Positions 39,329 through 48,203 of a DNA stretch of 64,000 nucleotides are shown piece by piece. Positions within the stretch are counted from its first letter, which is position 1, and each line of letters begins with the position of its first letter. Under the pieces are notes generated by a model, which did no database searches, was not told the DNA's origin, and saw only the letters and a program-made list of their open reading frames with translations. Origin of the DNA: a bacterium (GTDB lineage Bacteria; Krumholzibacteriota; Krumholzibacteriia; LZORAL124-64-63); contig JANOEP010000066.1 in NCBI GenBank assembly GCA_031441465.1, positions 32,001 to 96,000 on the forward strand, written 5' to 3'. The position numbers and the translations under genes were made by a program.

Positions 39329-40477
39329 ATGGAACCGACGGGCTGGCTCCGCGTCCTGGTCGATCACGCCGCCCTGCGCGACAACGCGCGGCGTTTCCGT
39401 GAACTGATCCCGCCGGCCTGCCGCCTGCTGACGGTCGTGAAGTCCGACGGTTATGGCCACGGGCTGCTGCCGGCGGCCGGCGCGTTCCTGGACGGCGGCG
39501 CCGACCTGCTCGGTGTGCACACGGTCGAGGAGGCCGCGGCCCTGCGCCGCGGCGGCGTCGCGGCGCCGGTGCTGATCCTCGGACCGGTGAACGCGGCAGG
39601 CGCCGCGCTCGCGGCCCGTCTCGGCGTCGAAGCGACCGTGGGTTCGCTGGCGGGCCTCGACGCCGCCCGATCCGCGGCCGATCCCGCGCACCCCCTGCGG
39701 ATCCATCTCAAGGTCGAGACCGGCGTCAACCGCCAGGGCATCGTCGAAGGCGAGTTGGACGCGGCGCTCGCCGTGCTGGACGGCACCCCCGGGTTGGAAC
39801 TCGTCGGCGTCTCCAGCCACTACGCGGACATCGAGGACACCACCGACCATACCTGGGCCCGCGTCCAGACCGCGCGGTACGAAGCATGGTTGGCCCGATT
39901 GGCCGCTCACGGCCGCGGCGAACTGCAGAGGCACATGTCGTGCAGCGCCGCGACGATCCTCTGGCCCCAGGACCGGCGCGACATCGTGCGCGTCGGCATC
40001 GCCGCGTACGGCGTCTGGCCCTCGCGCGAGACGCTGGTCTCGGCCCGCGCCGCCGGCACCTCCGGCCTGGACCTGCGCCCGGCGGCGACCTGGATCTGCG
40101 GCATCGCCCAGGTCCGCGACGTGCCCGCCGGCGAGACCGTGGGCTACGGGCGGACCTGGCGGGCGCCGGTCGCCTCGCGCATCGCCGTGCTGCCGCTGGG
40201 TTACGCGGACGGCTATCCGCGGCGCCTCTCCAACCGGGCCCACGTGCTGGTGCGCGGCCAACGCGCGCCGGTGCGCGGTCGGATCTGCATGAACCTGACC
40301 ATGATCGACGTGACGCACGTCGCGGGCGCGGCGGCGGGGGACGACGCGGTGCTGCTCGGATCCCAGGGCGACGACCGCATCGATGCCGAGCTGTTCGCCG
40401 ATTGGCTCGACACGATTCCCTACGAAGTGCTGACCCTGCCCGGCTCCAGTTGGGAGCGGGTCGTCGGCGGGAGGTGA
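39329..40477 (+). CDS. alr: Alanine racemase
   Basis: VVKSDGYGHG PLP motif, HLKVETGVNRQG, VGYGRTW, LGYADG, GRICMNLTMIDVT, TIPYEVL. Confidence 0.93.
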   Translation: MEPTGWLRVLVDHAALRDNARRFRELIPPACRLLTVVKSDGYGHGLLPAAGAFLDGGADLLGVHTVEEAAALRRGGVAAPVLILGPVNAAGAALAARLGVEATVGSLAGLDAARSAADPAHPLRIHLKVETGVNRQGIVEGELDAALAVLDGTPGLELVGVSSHYADIEDTTDHTWARVQTARYEAWLARLAAHGRGELQRHMSCSAATILWPQDRRDIVRVGIAAYGVWPSRETLVSARAAGTSGLDLRPAATWICGIAQVRDVPAGETVGYGRTWRAPVASRIAVLPLGYADGYPRRLSNRAHVLVRGQRAPVRGRICMNLTMIDVTHVAGAAAGDDAVLLGSQGDDRIDAELFADWLDTIPYEVLTLPGSSWERVVGGR

Positions 40478-40479
40478 CC

Positions 40480-40935
40480 GTGTTCGAGACGTTGCGCAAG
40501 CTGATGACGCAGGACGTGACGGCCGTGGCGGGCGACGCCGCCAACGGCGACCACCGCCGCCGGCTGGCCACCGCCGCGCTGTTGCTGGAAGTCGCCTGGG
40601 CCGACGACACCGCCGACGGCGCCGAGAAGGCCTCGATCGCGGGCATCCTCCGCGACCGGTTCGAACTCGACGCGCAGGAGTCGTCCGCGCTCATGGACGC
40701 CGCCGAGGCGCACCGCCACGACGCGACGGACCTCTACAACACCACGGTCCTGCTGCGCGCCGCCCTGTCGCGCCACGAGCTGCGCGACGTGCTGGAAGTG
40801 CTGTGGCGCGTCGTGTATGCCGACGGCGTGCTCGACGCCCACGAGGACGCCCTGCTGCACCGCATCGCCCGCATGCTCGGCCTCGACCACGCCGAACTCA
40901 TCGCGCTGAAGCTCAAGGTGCGCGACGGCAGTTGA
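40480..40935 (+). CDS. TerB family protein
   Basis: ATAALLLEVAWAD...E; LWRVVYADGVLDAHEDALLHRIARMLG. Confidence 0.8.
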   Translation: MFETLRKLMTQDVTAVAGDAANGDHRRRLATAALLLEVAWADDTADGAEKASIAGILRDRFELDAQESSALMDAAEAHRHDATDLYNTTVLLRAALSRHELRDVLEVLWRVVYADGVLDAHEDALLHRIARMLGLDHAELIALKLKVRDGS

Positions 40936-41301
40936 CGATCCCCTGCGCTTCCTCATGCACCGGACCGAGCGATTCCTGGTATGTGGGAATCGGGCGGTTC
41001 GCTTGTGGGCAGATTCAAAGTTGGAGTTTGGATTTGCCCACAGTGCGCGGCGACCGTGTACGGACGAGCTGCGCTTTCGTTCAGCCGAGGTACCGCGGCG
41101 GACGGCCGATGTACTCCCCGGTACGCAGCCGCGGCGGGACTCCCGGTCGTTCATGGTTGTAATATATTGCTAATTCATCAATTAAGGGCAATCCCCCTTC
41201 CTGGCATCCCCCGTGCAGTCGGAGCCATCCACACGCTAGTCATGTCCCGCCGCCCCTGTGAGCATCCAGGCGGGACCGGGGTCGGAACGAGGGAGGCGAA
41301 C

Positions 41302-42468
41302 ATGAACACCGCGACGCTGAGCCGAAAACTCTTCCTGCTGGGGCTGTTGGCTCTGGCCGGGCTGCTGACGCTGGGGCTGACCGGCTGCGGCGGCGAGCAG
41401 GGCGCGACCGTGCCCGCCGACGCGGCCGTCGTCGACGACGAGGCCATGGACCTGGACCAGGCCTACGGCGGCCTGACCTTCACCGACGAGGCGCCGGCTT
41501 TCGGCGACGAGTACTACGCCGCGGTGTCCCTCGAGGATCAGGCGTCGGCGAGCGACGATCCGCTGCAGTACGACGCCGAGGTCCGGGAACTCGAGGACGC
41601 CGCCCTGCAGCCCGCCGGAACCGGCGCGCCGCCGCCCCCGCGGATCATCGCGCTGCGCCTGACCTGGGGCCGGCTCGACGGCGCTCCCGAGGACATCCGC
41701 GAAGAGTTGCAGGGCCTCGACTGGAGCGGGCGGCTGCACGTGGACCGCGGTCTGGTCGTGGTGCGGCGCGTGATCCTGTTCGAGCGCCCGCGCGACCATC
41801 TCGTGCGGCCCCGCCCCGACCGGCGGACCGTGGCTTGGGTTTCCCACACCGGACCGCATTTCGACGGGCTGATCGTGGAGATCATCGAACCCGCCGCCCC
41901 GGCCGACTCCGCGAACGTCGGGACGGTCCCGCCCAACATGCTGCACCTGGTCACGCCGCAGATCACGTTGGACATCCCGGTGGCGGAACTCGCCGGACTG
42001 GACGCCACCCGACCCGTCGACGCGCTCGGCAACGCCCTGCGCCTGGAGGGCCACCGCGTCACCGACGAGGACCTGTGCCCAAAAGGCTTCCTGGGCGGCG
42101 TCTGGAAGGCCGACCGCGACTCCACGACCGTCGAGGGCGGTGTCTTCAAGGGGCGCTGGGTCGGTCTCTGGGGTCAGTTGCACGGTTTCATGCGCGGCCG
42201 CTACGGCCTCGACAGCAGCGGCGAGCGGGTCTTTTTCGGCAAGTACATCGACCAGCGGGGGCGCTGCCGCGGGATGCTGGCCGGCACCTGGGAGGTCGCG
42301 GACGAGAGCGGTCGCGGGCGGTTCCACGGCGAGTGGCACAACGCGGCCGGAACGATCGAGGGCGTCCTCGGGGGCGATTATGGCCAGGCCGCCGAGCGTC
42401 CGGGTGGCTTCTTCACGGGCCGCTGGACCACCCTCTGCGACCCGGAAACCGTGGAATCCTTGCGATGA
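41302..42468 (+). CDS. Hypothetical lipoprotein
   Basis: GGAGG RBS, lipobox LTG-C; C-terminal repeated G-x-F-x-G-x-W/Y strands. Confidence 0.7.
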   Translation: MNTATLSRKLFLLGLLALAGLLTLGLTGCGGEQGATVPADAAVVDDEAMDLDQAYGGLTFTDEAPAFGDEYYAAVSLEDQASASDDPLQYDAEVRELEDAALQPAGTGAPPPPRIIALRLTWGRLDGAPEDIREELQGLDWSGRLHVDRGLVVVRRVILFERPRDHLVRPRPDRRTVAWVSHTGPHFDGLIVEIIEPAAPADSANVGTVPPNMLHLVTPQITLDIPVAELAGLDATRPVDALGNALRLEGHRVTDEDLCPKGFLGGVWKADRDSTTVEGGVFKGRWVGLWGQLHGFMRGRYGLDSSGERVFFGKYIDQRGRCRGMLAGTWEVADESGRGRFHGEWHNAAGTIEGVLGGDYGQAAERPGGFFTGRWTTLCDPETVESLR

Positions 42469-42501
42469 CAAGCGGTTAGCCCGCGTCTTGTCAAGAAGAC
42501 G

Positions 42502-42532
42502 GCGGCGGTCCCCTGGGGGGCCGCCGCTTTTT
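42502..42532 (+). terminator. Probable intrinsic terminator
   Basis: GCGGCGGTCCC...GGGGCCGCCGC hairpin followed by TTTTT. Confidence 0.7.
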
Positions 42533-42632
42533 ATCAGGTCTTCCTCGTTGTCAGTCATCATGTTCATGAGTTATAATCAAATACCCGCATAAGACTGCCG
42601 AATCTCGTAGGTCCTGAGCTTGAGGAGTCACG

Positions 42633-45600
42633 ATGATGCGCTCTTGGTGCAAGGCTGCCGTCCTGCTGCTGTCACTGCTGGTCCTGGGCTCGGTCGCCGG
42701 CGCGGCGTGGGTTCCGGCGGGCGGCGGTGCCGTCTCGCCGCCGCTGGTCATCGCGACCGGGTCCGGTGACGCGGTCACGCTCCAGATCGAGGTGCCCGGT
42801 TACCATCTCGACGGCGCGCTGGTCGACGGCCGCACCTACGCCAAGCTGGGGCTGCCCGGCGAGGCCTGGCTGATGGAGAAGGGCCTGCCCGAGTTGCCGA
42901 TGATCAGCCGCAGCGTCGCCATCGCCGGCACCGGCGAGCCGTTCCTGCGGGTCGTCGCCAGCGAGTGGACCGAGACCGCCGTCGATCCCGTCCTGCCCTC
43001 CAAGGGGCACCTGACCCGCGACCTCGATCCGGCGGGCATCGCCTTCACCTTCGACGCCCTCTACCGCGACGGTGGGGTCTACCCCCGCGAAGCGGCGAGC
43101 CTCGGCGACCCGTTCATCGTGCGCGACGAGCGCGGCGTCTCCCTGCGCGTGGTGCCCTTCCAGTACGACGCCGGCCGCGGCGTGCTGCGCGTGCTGCGCC
43201 GCATGACGATCGAGGTCCTCACCAAGGGGACCGGCGGCCTGAACGAGCTGCCGAGCGGCGCCACCGCCGCCGTCGACCCCGAGTTCGCCCGCATCTACCG
43301 CGGGATGTTCGCCAACTACGGCGCCGACAAGTACGTCGCCATCGGCACGACCGGCCGGATGCTCGTCGTCACGGCCGACGCCTACCAGGGCGCGCTGGCC
43401 CCGTTCATCGCCTGGAAGCAGCAGAAGGGCATCCCGGTCGAGATGATCACGATGTCCTCGGTGGGCGGGACCGCCACCGGCGTCCAGAGCGCCATCACCA
43501 GCCGCTACGGCTCGGCCGACGGCCTCACCTACGTGGTGCTCGTGGGCGACATCGCCGACGTGCCCACGCGCATCGGCACCTACGAGAGCGCGAAGTCGGA
43601 CCCGACCTACGCCATGGTCGCGGGCTCCGACCGCTACCCCGACCTGTTCGTCTCGCGCATCTCCGCTGCCAACGTCAACGAGGTCCAGCTCCAGGTCGCC
43701 AAGTTCGTACGCTACGAGCGCGATCCCGACACGGGCGCCGCCGCCGAGTGGTACCACAAGGCGACCGGCCTGGCCTCGAACGAGGGCTCGCCGACCGACT
43801 ACGAGCGCTGCAACCTGCTGCGCGCCGACCTGCTCGGCTACACCTTCACCTACGTCGACCAGATCTACCAGCCGACCGGGACCACGGCGATGATCTCGGC
43901 CGCCCTGAACGAGGGCCGCAGCCTGGTCAACTACATCGGCCACGGCAGCGGCACCAGCTGGGGCAACCCGCCGTTCGCCAACAGCAACGTCCTGGCCCTG
44001 ACCAACGGCTGGAAGCAGCCCTGGATCCTGGACGTGAGCTGCTCCAACGGCGACTTCTCCACTTCCGTCTGCTTCGCCGAGGCCTGGCTGCGCGCCGGCT
44101 CGGTCGCCCAGCCCAACGGCGCCGTCGCCACCTACTCGGCCTCGACCCTGGCCTCCTGGGTGCCGCCCTGCGAGATGCAGACCCACGCCGTGGACCTGCT
44201 CGTCGCCGAGCAGGCCAACATCCTGGGCGCCCTGTACTACTACGGCGGCATGAAGGTGCTCGACCTCTATCCCACGGGCGAGGGCCCGAAGCTCATCGAG
44301 CAGTACAACATCTTCGGCGACTGCTCGCTGATGGTGCGCACCGACGCGCCGACGGCGATCGCGCCGACGCACCTGCCCGTCGTCCACCTCGGCACGCCGA
44401 GCTTCCAGGTGAACACCGGCGCTCCGGGCGCCGTGGCCTGCCTCTACCGCGACGGCGTCATCCACGGCACGGCCGTCGCCGACGCGGGCGGCCTGGCGAA
44501 CATCGTGCTGGACGTGCCGGTGACCACCCCCGGCGACATGACCCTCACGGTGACCGGCTACAACCTCACCACCTACCAGGCGACCCTGCTCGCGATCAAC
44601 CCCTCGGTGGTCGTCCTGGATCCCGACACGATCGACGCCAACGTGGCGACGGACGTCACCGTGACGGTGTTCGGTCCCGACGGCACGACGCCGCTGCCCG
44701 GCATCGACGTCCGGGCCGAAGGCCTGGGCTACACCTCGGCCACCGTCGCGACGAATTCGTCGGGCGTGGCCGTGATCGGCGTCACCTACCCGTACGGCCC
44801 CTCGCTGGCCGTCGTCGGGCAGGATCCCGCCGAGACCTACGAGCTGTTCCGCGTGTCCCTGGCGGTCGACGCCCTGGCCCTGACGTCGCCGGACCTGACG
44901 GTGACCACGGACATCGGCATGACCGACCTGTTCCCGCTGAACCTGCCGGGCACCCTGCACGCGACGTCCGGCGAGGCCGGCGCCACGCTGCACGCGGTGC
45001 TGCCGGAAGGCGGCGAGCAGTCGACCGGCGCCTCGAGCCTGACGCTGACCGCGGCCCAGACGGGCGTGGTCACGGGCATCATTGCGCTCAGCGGCTACGA
45101 CCTGTACAGCGAGACGTTCGACGTGATCGAGGCCTACGGCCAGCTGACCGGTCACGTGGACCTGGCCGGCACGCCGGCGGTCGGCGCGGTCGTGCACGGC
45201 CTGGACGACCTCGGCGTCGAAGTGTTCTCGGCGACGACCAACGCGTCGGGCAACTACGACGTGGGTGAGGACGTCCTGGTCGACGACTACACCATCGCGG
45301 TGGACGTCTTCGGCTACCTGCACTTCGAGCAGGCGATGTTCCTGAACTACGGTCCCAACACGTTCGACGTCGCGATGGTCGCGGCCCCGTCGGGCGTGCT
45401 GTCGGGCCTGATCACCGACTCGGCGACGCTCCTGCCCCTGCAGGGGGTCGTGCGCGTGTACCGCAGCGACAACAACCTGCTGTACACCGAGACGACGAGC
45501 GACGCCGCGGGCGCGTTCACGACCGCGGCGCTGCCGTACTTCACGTACACGGTCGCGGTGCGCGCCTCGCACCACGTGCCGGTGAGCGTGGCGGTCGAGA

Positions 45601-47288
45601 TCGACGCGGCGACGGTCGTGAAGGACTTCGCGCTCGAGCCGACCAACGGCGACATCCTGATCGTCGACGACGACGCCGTCGCCCGCTGGGCCCCCGACAA
45701 GTTCGACGAGAAGGGCGAACTGGTCTCCGTCGGCTACGAGATCGGCGAGGAGCGCTCCACCGCCGCGCTGGCGGCGGAGTTGGAGGCGCTCGGCTACGGG
45801 GTGACCGTGCAGGCGGCGGCGGCCACCGTGCCGGCCGACTGGCCGCTCTACGACCTGGTCGTGGCGGCCTGCGGCGCCAACACCAACCCGCTGGGCAGCG
45901 CCGCCCTGCGCAGTGCGCTGATCTCTTACGTGCAGGCCGGCGGCCACCTGCTGCTCGAGGGCGGCGAACTCGTCTATGTGCACAACGCCTCCGGCGCCTT
46001 CGCCTCGACCGTGATGCACACCAACGACTGGAACCACGACACCAGCGGCGCGTTGACCGTCGCCGCGCCCACGCACCACGTGATGTCGGTGCCCAACGTG
46101 ATTTCCGGTCCGATCGCGATCACCTACACCGGGTACGGCGACCAGGACGCCGCGACGCCCCTGGCCGACGCCGTGAAGGTGGGCGCCTGGGCGTCCTACC
46201 CGACCGACGCCGGCGTGATCTGCTACGACCCGAACCCGTCGCCGACGGGTGGCCAGATCGCGTTCTTCACCTTCAAATACGCGGCCCTGAACGCCGCGGG
46301 CCGTGCGCCGCTGCTGGAGAACACCGTGCAGTGGCTGCTGGCGTCGGAGTTCGGCACCGGCAGCGTGAGCGGCCGCGTCGACCTGCAGGGCTCGGCCGAC
46401 GACTCGGGCGTGCTGGTCGAGGGCCTCCCCAGCGGCGGCTCGACGTACACCGACGCGGCGGGCAACTACACCCTGCCGGGCCTGTTCGCGGGCACCACCA
46501 TGATCCGCGCCAGCAAGTTGGCGTGGAGCATCGCCTCGACGTCGGTGACGCTGGCCGAGGGCCAGCAGCTGACGGGCGTGAACCTGACGCTGACGCCGGT
46601 CAGCGAACTCACGCAGTGCCTGCAGCCGGGTCTGTCGATCATCGACTACGGGACCGTGACCAGCCCGATGGCCCTGGCGATGGGAGCGGGCGTGACCGTG
46701 ACCAGCGTCGAGGTGTTCGTGGACATCGTGCACACGTACCAGGGCGACCTGACGGTGGACCTGACGTCGCCGGCGGGCACGACGGTGCGCCTGCACAACC
46801 GCACGGGTAGCGGCACGGACAACATCTACGGATGGTATCCGGACACGCTGACCCCGGCGGGCGACCTGGGCCTGTTCGCGGGCCAGGTTTTGGACGGCAA
46901 CTGGACGCTGACGGTCGCCGATCTGGCCGGCGGCGATGTCGGCACGTTGAGCGAGTGGTGCCTGAAGATCGTGTACGGCGGCGGCTCGACGGGCGCGGGA
47001 GACGCGCCGGCGGTGCTGTCGTTGGCGCAGAACTTCCCGAACCCGTTCAACCCGTCGACGACGATCACGTTCGCGGTGCCGCGCGCGGGCCGGGTGGACC
47101 TGCAGGTCTACGACCTGGCGGGCCGGCAGGTGCGGACGCTGGTCGGCGGCGAGCTGGCGGCCACGACGCACACGGTGGTCTGGGACGGTCGTGACGACAC
47201 GGGCCGCCAAGCGGCTAGCGGCACGTACTACTACCGCCTGCGCAGCGAGGGTCAGGAACTGACCCGCAAGATGACCTTGTTGAAGTAA
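42633..47288 (+). CDS. Gingipain-like C25 cysteine peptidase (propeptide, C25, carboxypeptidase-regulatory-like, P-domain, FlgD-Ig CTD)
   Basis: Signal peptide; GLPELP propeptide; YVVLVGD; NYIGHGSGTSW (His) and DVSCSNG (Cys); HTYQGDL P-domain; LAQNFPNPFNPSTTITF...TRKMTLLK. Confidence 0.88.
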   Translation: MMRSWCKAAVLLLSLLVLGSVAGAAWVPAGGGAVSPPLVIATGSGDAVTLQIEVPGYHLDGALVDGRTYAKLGLPGEAWLMEKGLPELPMISRSVAIAGTGEPFLRVVASEWTETAVDPVLPSKGHLTRDLDPAGIAFTFDALYRDGGVYPREAASLGDPFIVRDERGVSLRVVPFQYDAGRGVLRVLRRMTIEVLTKGTGGLNELPSGATAAVDPEFARIYRGMFANYGADKYVAIGTTGRMLVVTADAYQGALAPFIAWKQQKGIPVEMITMSSVGGTATGVQSAITSRYGSADGLTYVVLVGDIADVPTRIGTYESAKSDPTYAMVAGSDRYPDLFVSRISAANVNEVQLQVAKFVRYERDPDTGAAAEWYHKATGLASNEGSPTDYERCNLLRADLLGYTFTYVDQIYQPTGTTAMISAALNEGRSLVNYIGHGSGTSWGNPPFANSNVLALTNGWKQPWILDVSCSNGDFSTSVCFAEAWLRAGSVAQPNGAVATYSASTLASWVPPCEMQTHAVDLLVAEQANILGALYYYGGMKVLDLYPTGEGPKLIEQYNIFGDCSLMVRTDAPTAIAPTHLPVVHLGTPSFQVNTGAPGAVACLYRDGVIHGTAVADAGGLANIVLDVPVTTPGDMTLTVTGYNLTTYQATLLAINPSVVVLDPDTIDANVATDVTVTVFGPDGTTPLPGIDVRAEGLGYTSATVATNSSGVAVIGVTYPYGPSLAVVGQDPAETYELFRVSLAVDALALTSPDLTVTTDIGMTDLFPLNLPGTLHATSGEAGATLHAVLPEGGEQSTGASSLTLTAAQTGVVTGIIALSGYDLYSETFDVIEAYGQLTGHVDLAGTPAVGAVVHGLDDLGVEVFSATTNASGNYDVGEDVLVDDYTIAVDVFGYLHFEQAMFLNYGPNTFDVAMVAAPSGVLSGLITDSATLLPLQGVVRVYRSDNNLLYTETTSDAAGAFTTAALPYFTYTVAVRASHHVPVSVAVEIDAATVVKDFALEPTNGDILIVDDDAVARWAPDKFDEKGELVSVGYEIGEERSTAALAAELEALGYGVTVQAAAATVPADWPLYDLVVAACGANTNPLGSAALRSALISYVQAGGHLLLEGGELVYVHNASGAFASTVMHTNDWNHDTSGALTVAAPTHHVMSVPNVISGPIAITYTGYGDQDAATPLADAVKVGAWASYPTDAGVICYDPNPSPTGGQIAFFTFKYAALNAAGRAPLLENTVQWLLASEFGTGSVSGRVDLQGSADDSGVLVEGLPSGGSTYTDAAGNYTLPGLFAGTTMIRASKLAWSIASTSVTLAEGQQLTGVNLTLTPVSELTQCLQPGLSIIDYGTVTSPMALAMGAGVTVTSVEVFVDIVHTYQGDLTVDLTSPAGTTVRLHNRTGSGTDNIYGWYPDTLTPAGDLGLFAGQVLDGNWTLTVADLAGGDVGTLSEWCLKIVYGGGSTGAGDAPAVLSLAQNFPNPFNPSTTITFAVPRAGRVDLQVYDLAGRQVRTLVGGELAATTHTVVWDGRDDTGRQAASGTYYYRLRSEGQELTRKMTLLK

Positions 47289-47297
47289 ATCCTGCAG

Positions 47298-47335
47298 GAC
47301 GGAGCGGCGGGCCTTCGGGCCCGCCGTTTCCGTTT
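47298..47335 (+). terminator. Probable intrinsic terminator
   Basis: GCGGCGGGCC-TTCG-GGCCCGCCGT stem with UUCG loop, followed by T-containing tail. Confidence 0.7.
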
Positions 47336-47596
47336 CAGGAAGCCCGGCCATCGGCCTGTCTGCGCGTCTGCCGTTGATGGATCGTCGGGGACATCCCTGA
47401 TATCAGGGATCTACGAGATGATGTATCAAATCACCAAGACCAGGCGCCGACTCGATTCATGCCGTCATGCAGATTTCACACATGTGAACGCCGATCGAAA
47501 AGTGCGGTGGGGGCCGGTCCAATACTGCGGCACCCAGAACCAGTTTCATGGCCAGCCCCCTTCGTTTCCAGGCCGTCCGTCCAGCGGGAGCCGCGG

Positions 47597-48193
47597 CTAT
47601 CCCAGATCCAACTCGATCGGACCCGCATCGATCAGCGGGTGTGCGCTCAGCCGCCGTCGAGCCTCGGCCACGAGGTCGTAGCGGCCCACGACGGTGCCGC
47701 CGCCCTCGATCTCGTACTCGTGGGCGGGCGAGTAGACCTCCACCCCCCTGGCGCGCGGGTCGTGCTTTTCGGCGGCGCGACGGTCCGCGATCTTCAGCCC
47801 GGCCGGCAGCGCCGACAGCAGATCCTGAATCTCGATGCCGTACCGCACGGCGTAGGCTTGGAACCGGTATACGAAGGACGCGCGGCGGATCCGGGTGTCC
47901 GACAGGATCGCAAGACCGGTCTCGGCCGTCATGCGCTTGGCCGCACGCTTCAGCAGCCCGCGCAGCTCGCCGTCGAGGATCACGCGGCAGGCCTGGCGGT
48001 GCGCGCCGACCAGTTCCTTCAGCCGGGAGCCGAGGCCCGGTCCGGCGACGGACGCCTCGTGGGCGAACACCGGTGCGGCGCCGCTGCCGGCGCCGATGGA
48101 GAGCCCGGCGAGGAAGCCGTGGACCAGGTCGTGCGGACCCTCGATGGCTAGTTCGTGAAAGGTCGGCGCGGCGGCAGCCGGCTTTGTGGCCAT
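47597..48193 (-). CDS. Hypothetical protein
   Basis: GGAGGGG RBS right after antiporter stop; host-like codon usage. Confidence 0.65.
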   Translation of the reverse strand: MATKPAAAAPTFHELAIEGPHDLVHGFLAGLSIGAGSGAAPVFAHEASVAGPGLGSRLKELVGAHRQACRVILDGELRGLLKRAAKRMTAETGLAILSDTRIRRASFVYRFQAYAVRYGIEIQDLLSALPAGLKIADRRAAEKHDPRARGVEVYSPAHEYEIEGGGTVVGRYDLVAEARRRLSAHPLIDAGPIELDLG

Positions 48194-48203
48194 GGTTCCC
48201 CTC

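Noticed and set aside
41004..41042. tRNA-Sec (selC) candidate because of TTCAAA
   Set aside because: It is a single long hairpin without D/T arms; no sel genes were recognised in this window.
42672..47351. 1559-aa antisense ORF, and similar long shadow ORFs (19148-23041 upstream part, 29406-32801, 5899-8523, 61082-63931)
   Set aside because: They mirror well-supported genes on the other strand, have no motifs, and are expected in high-GC DNA with few stops.
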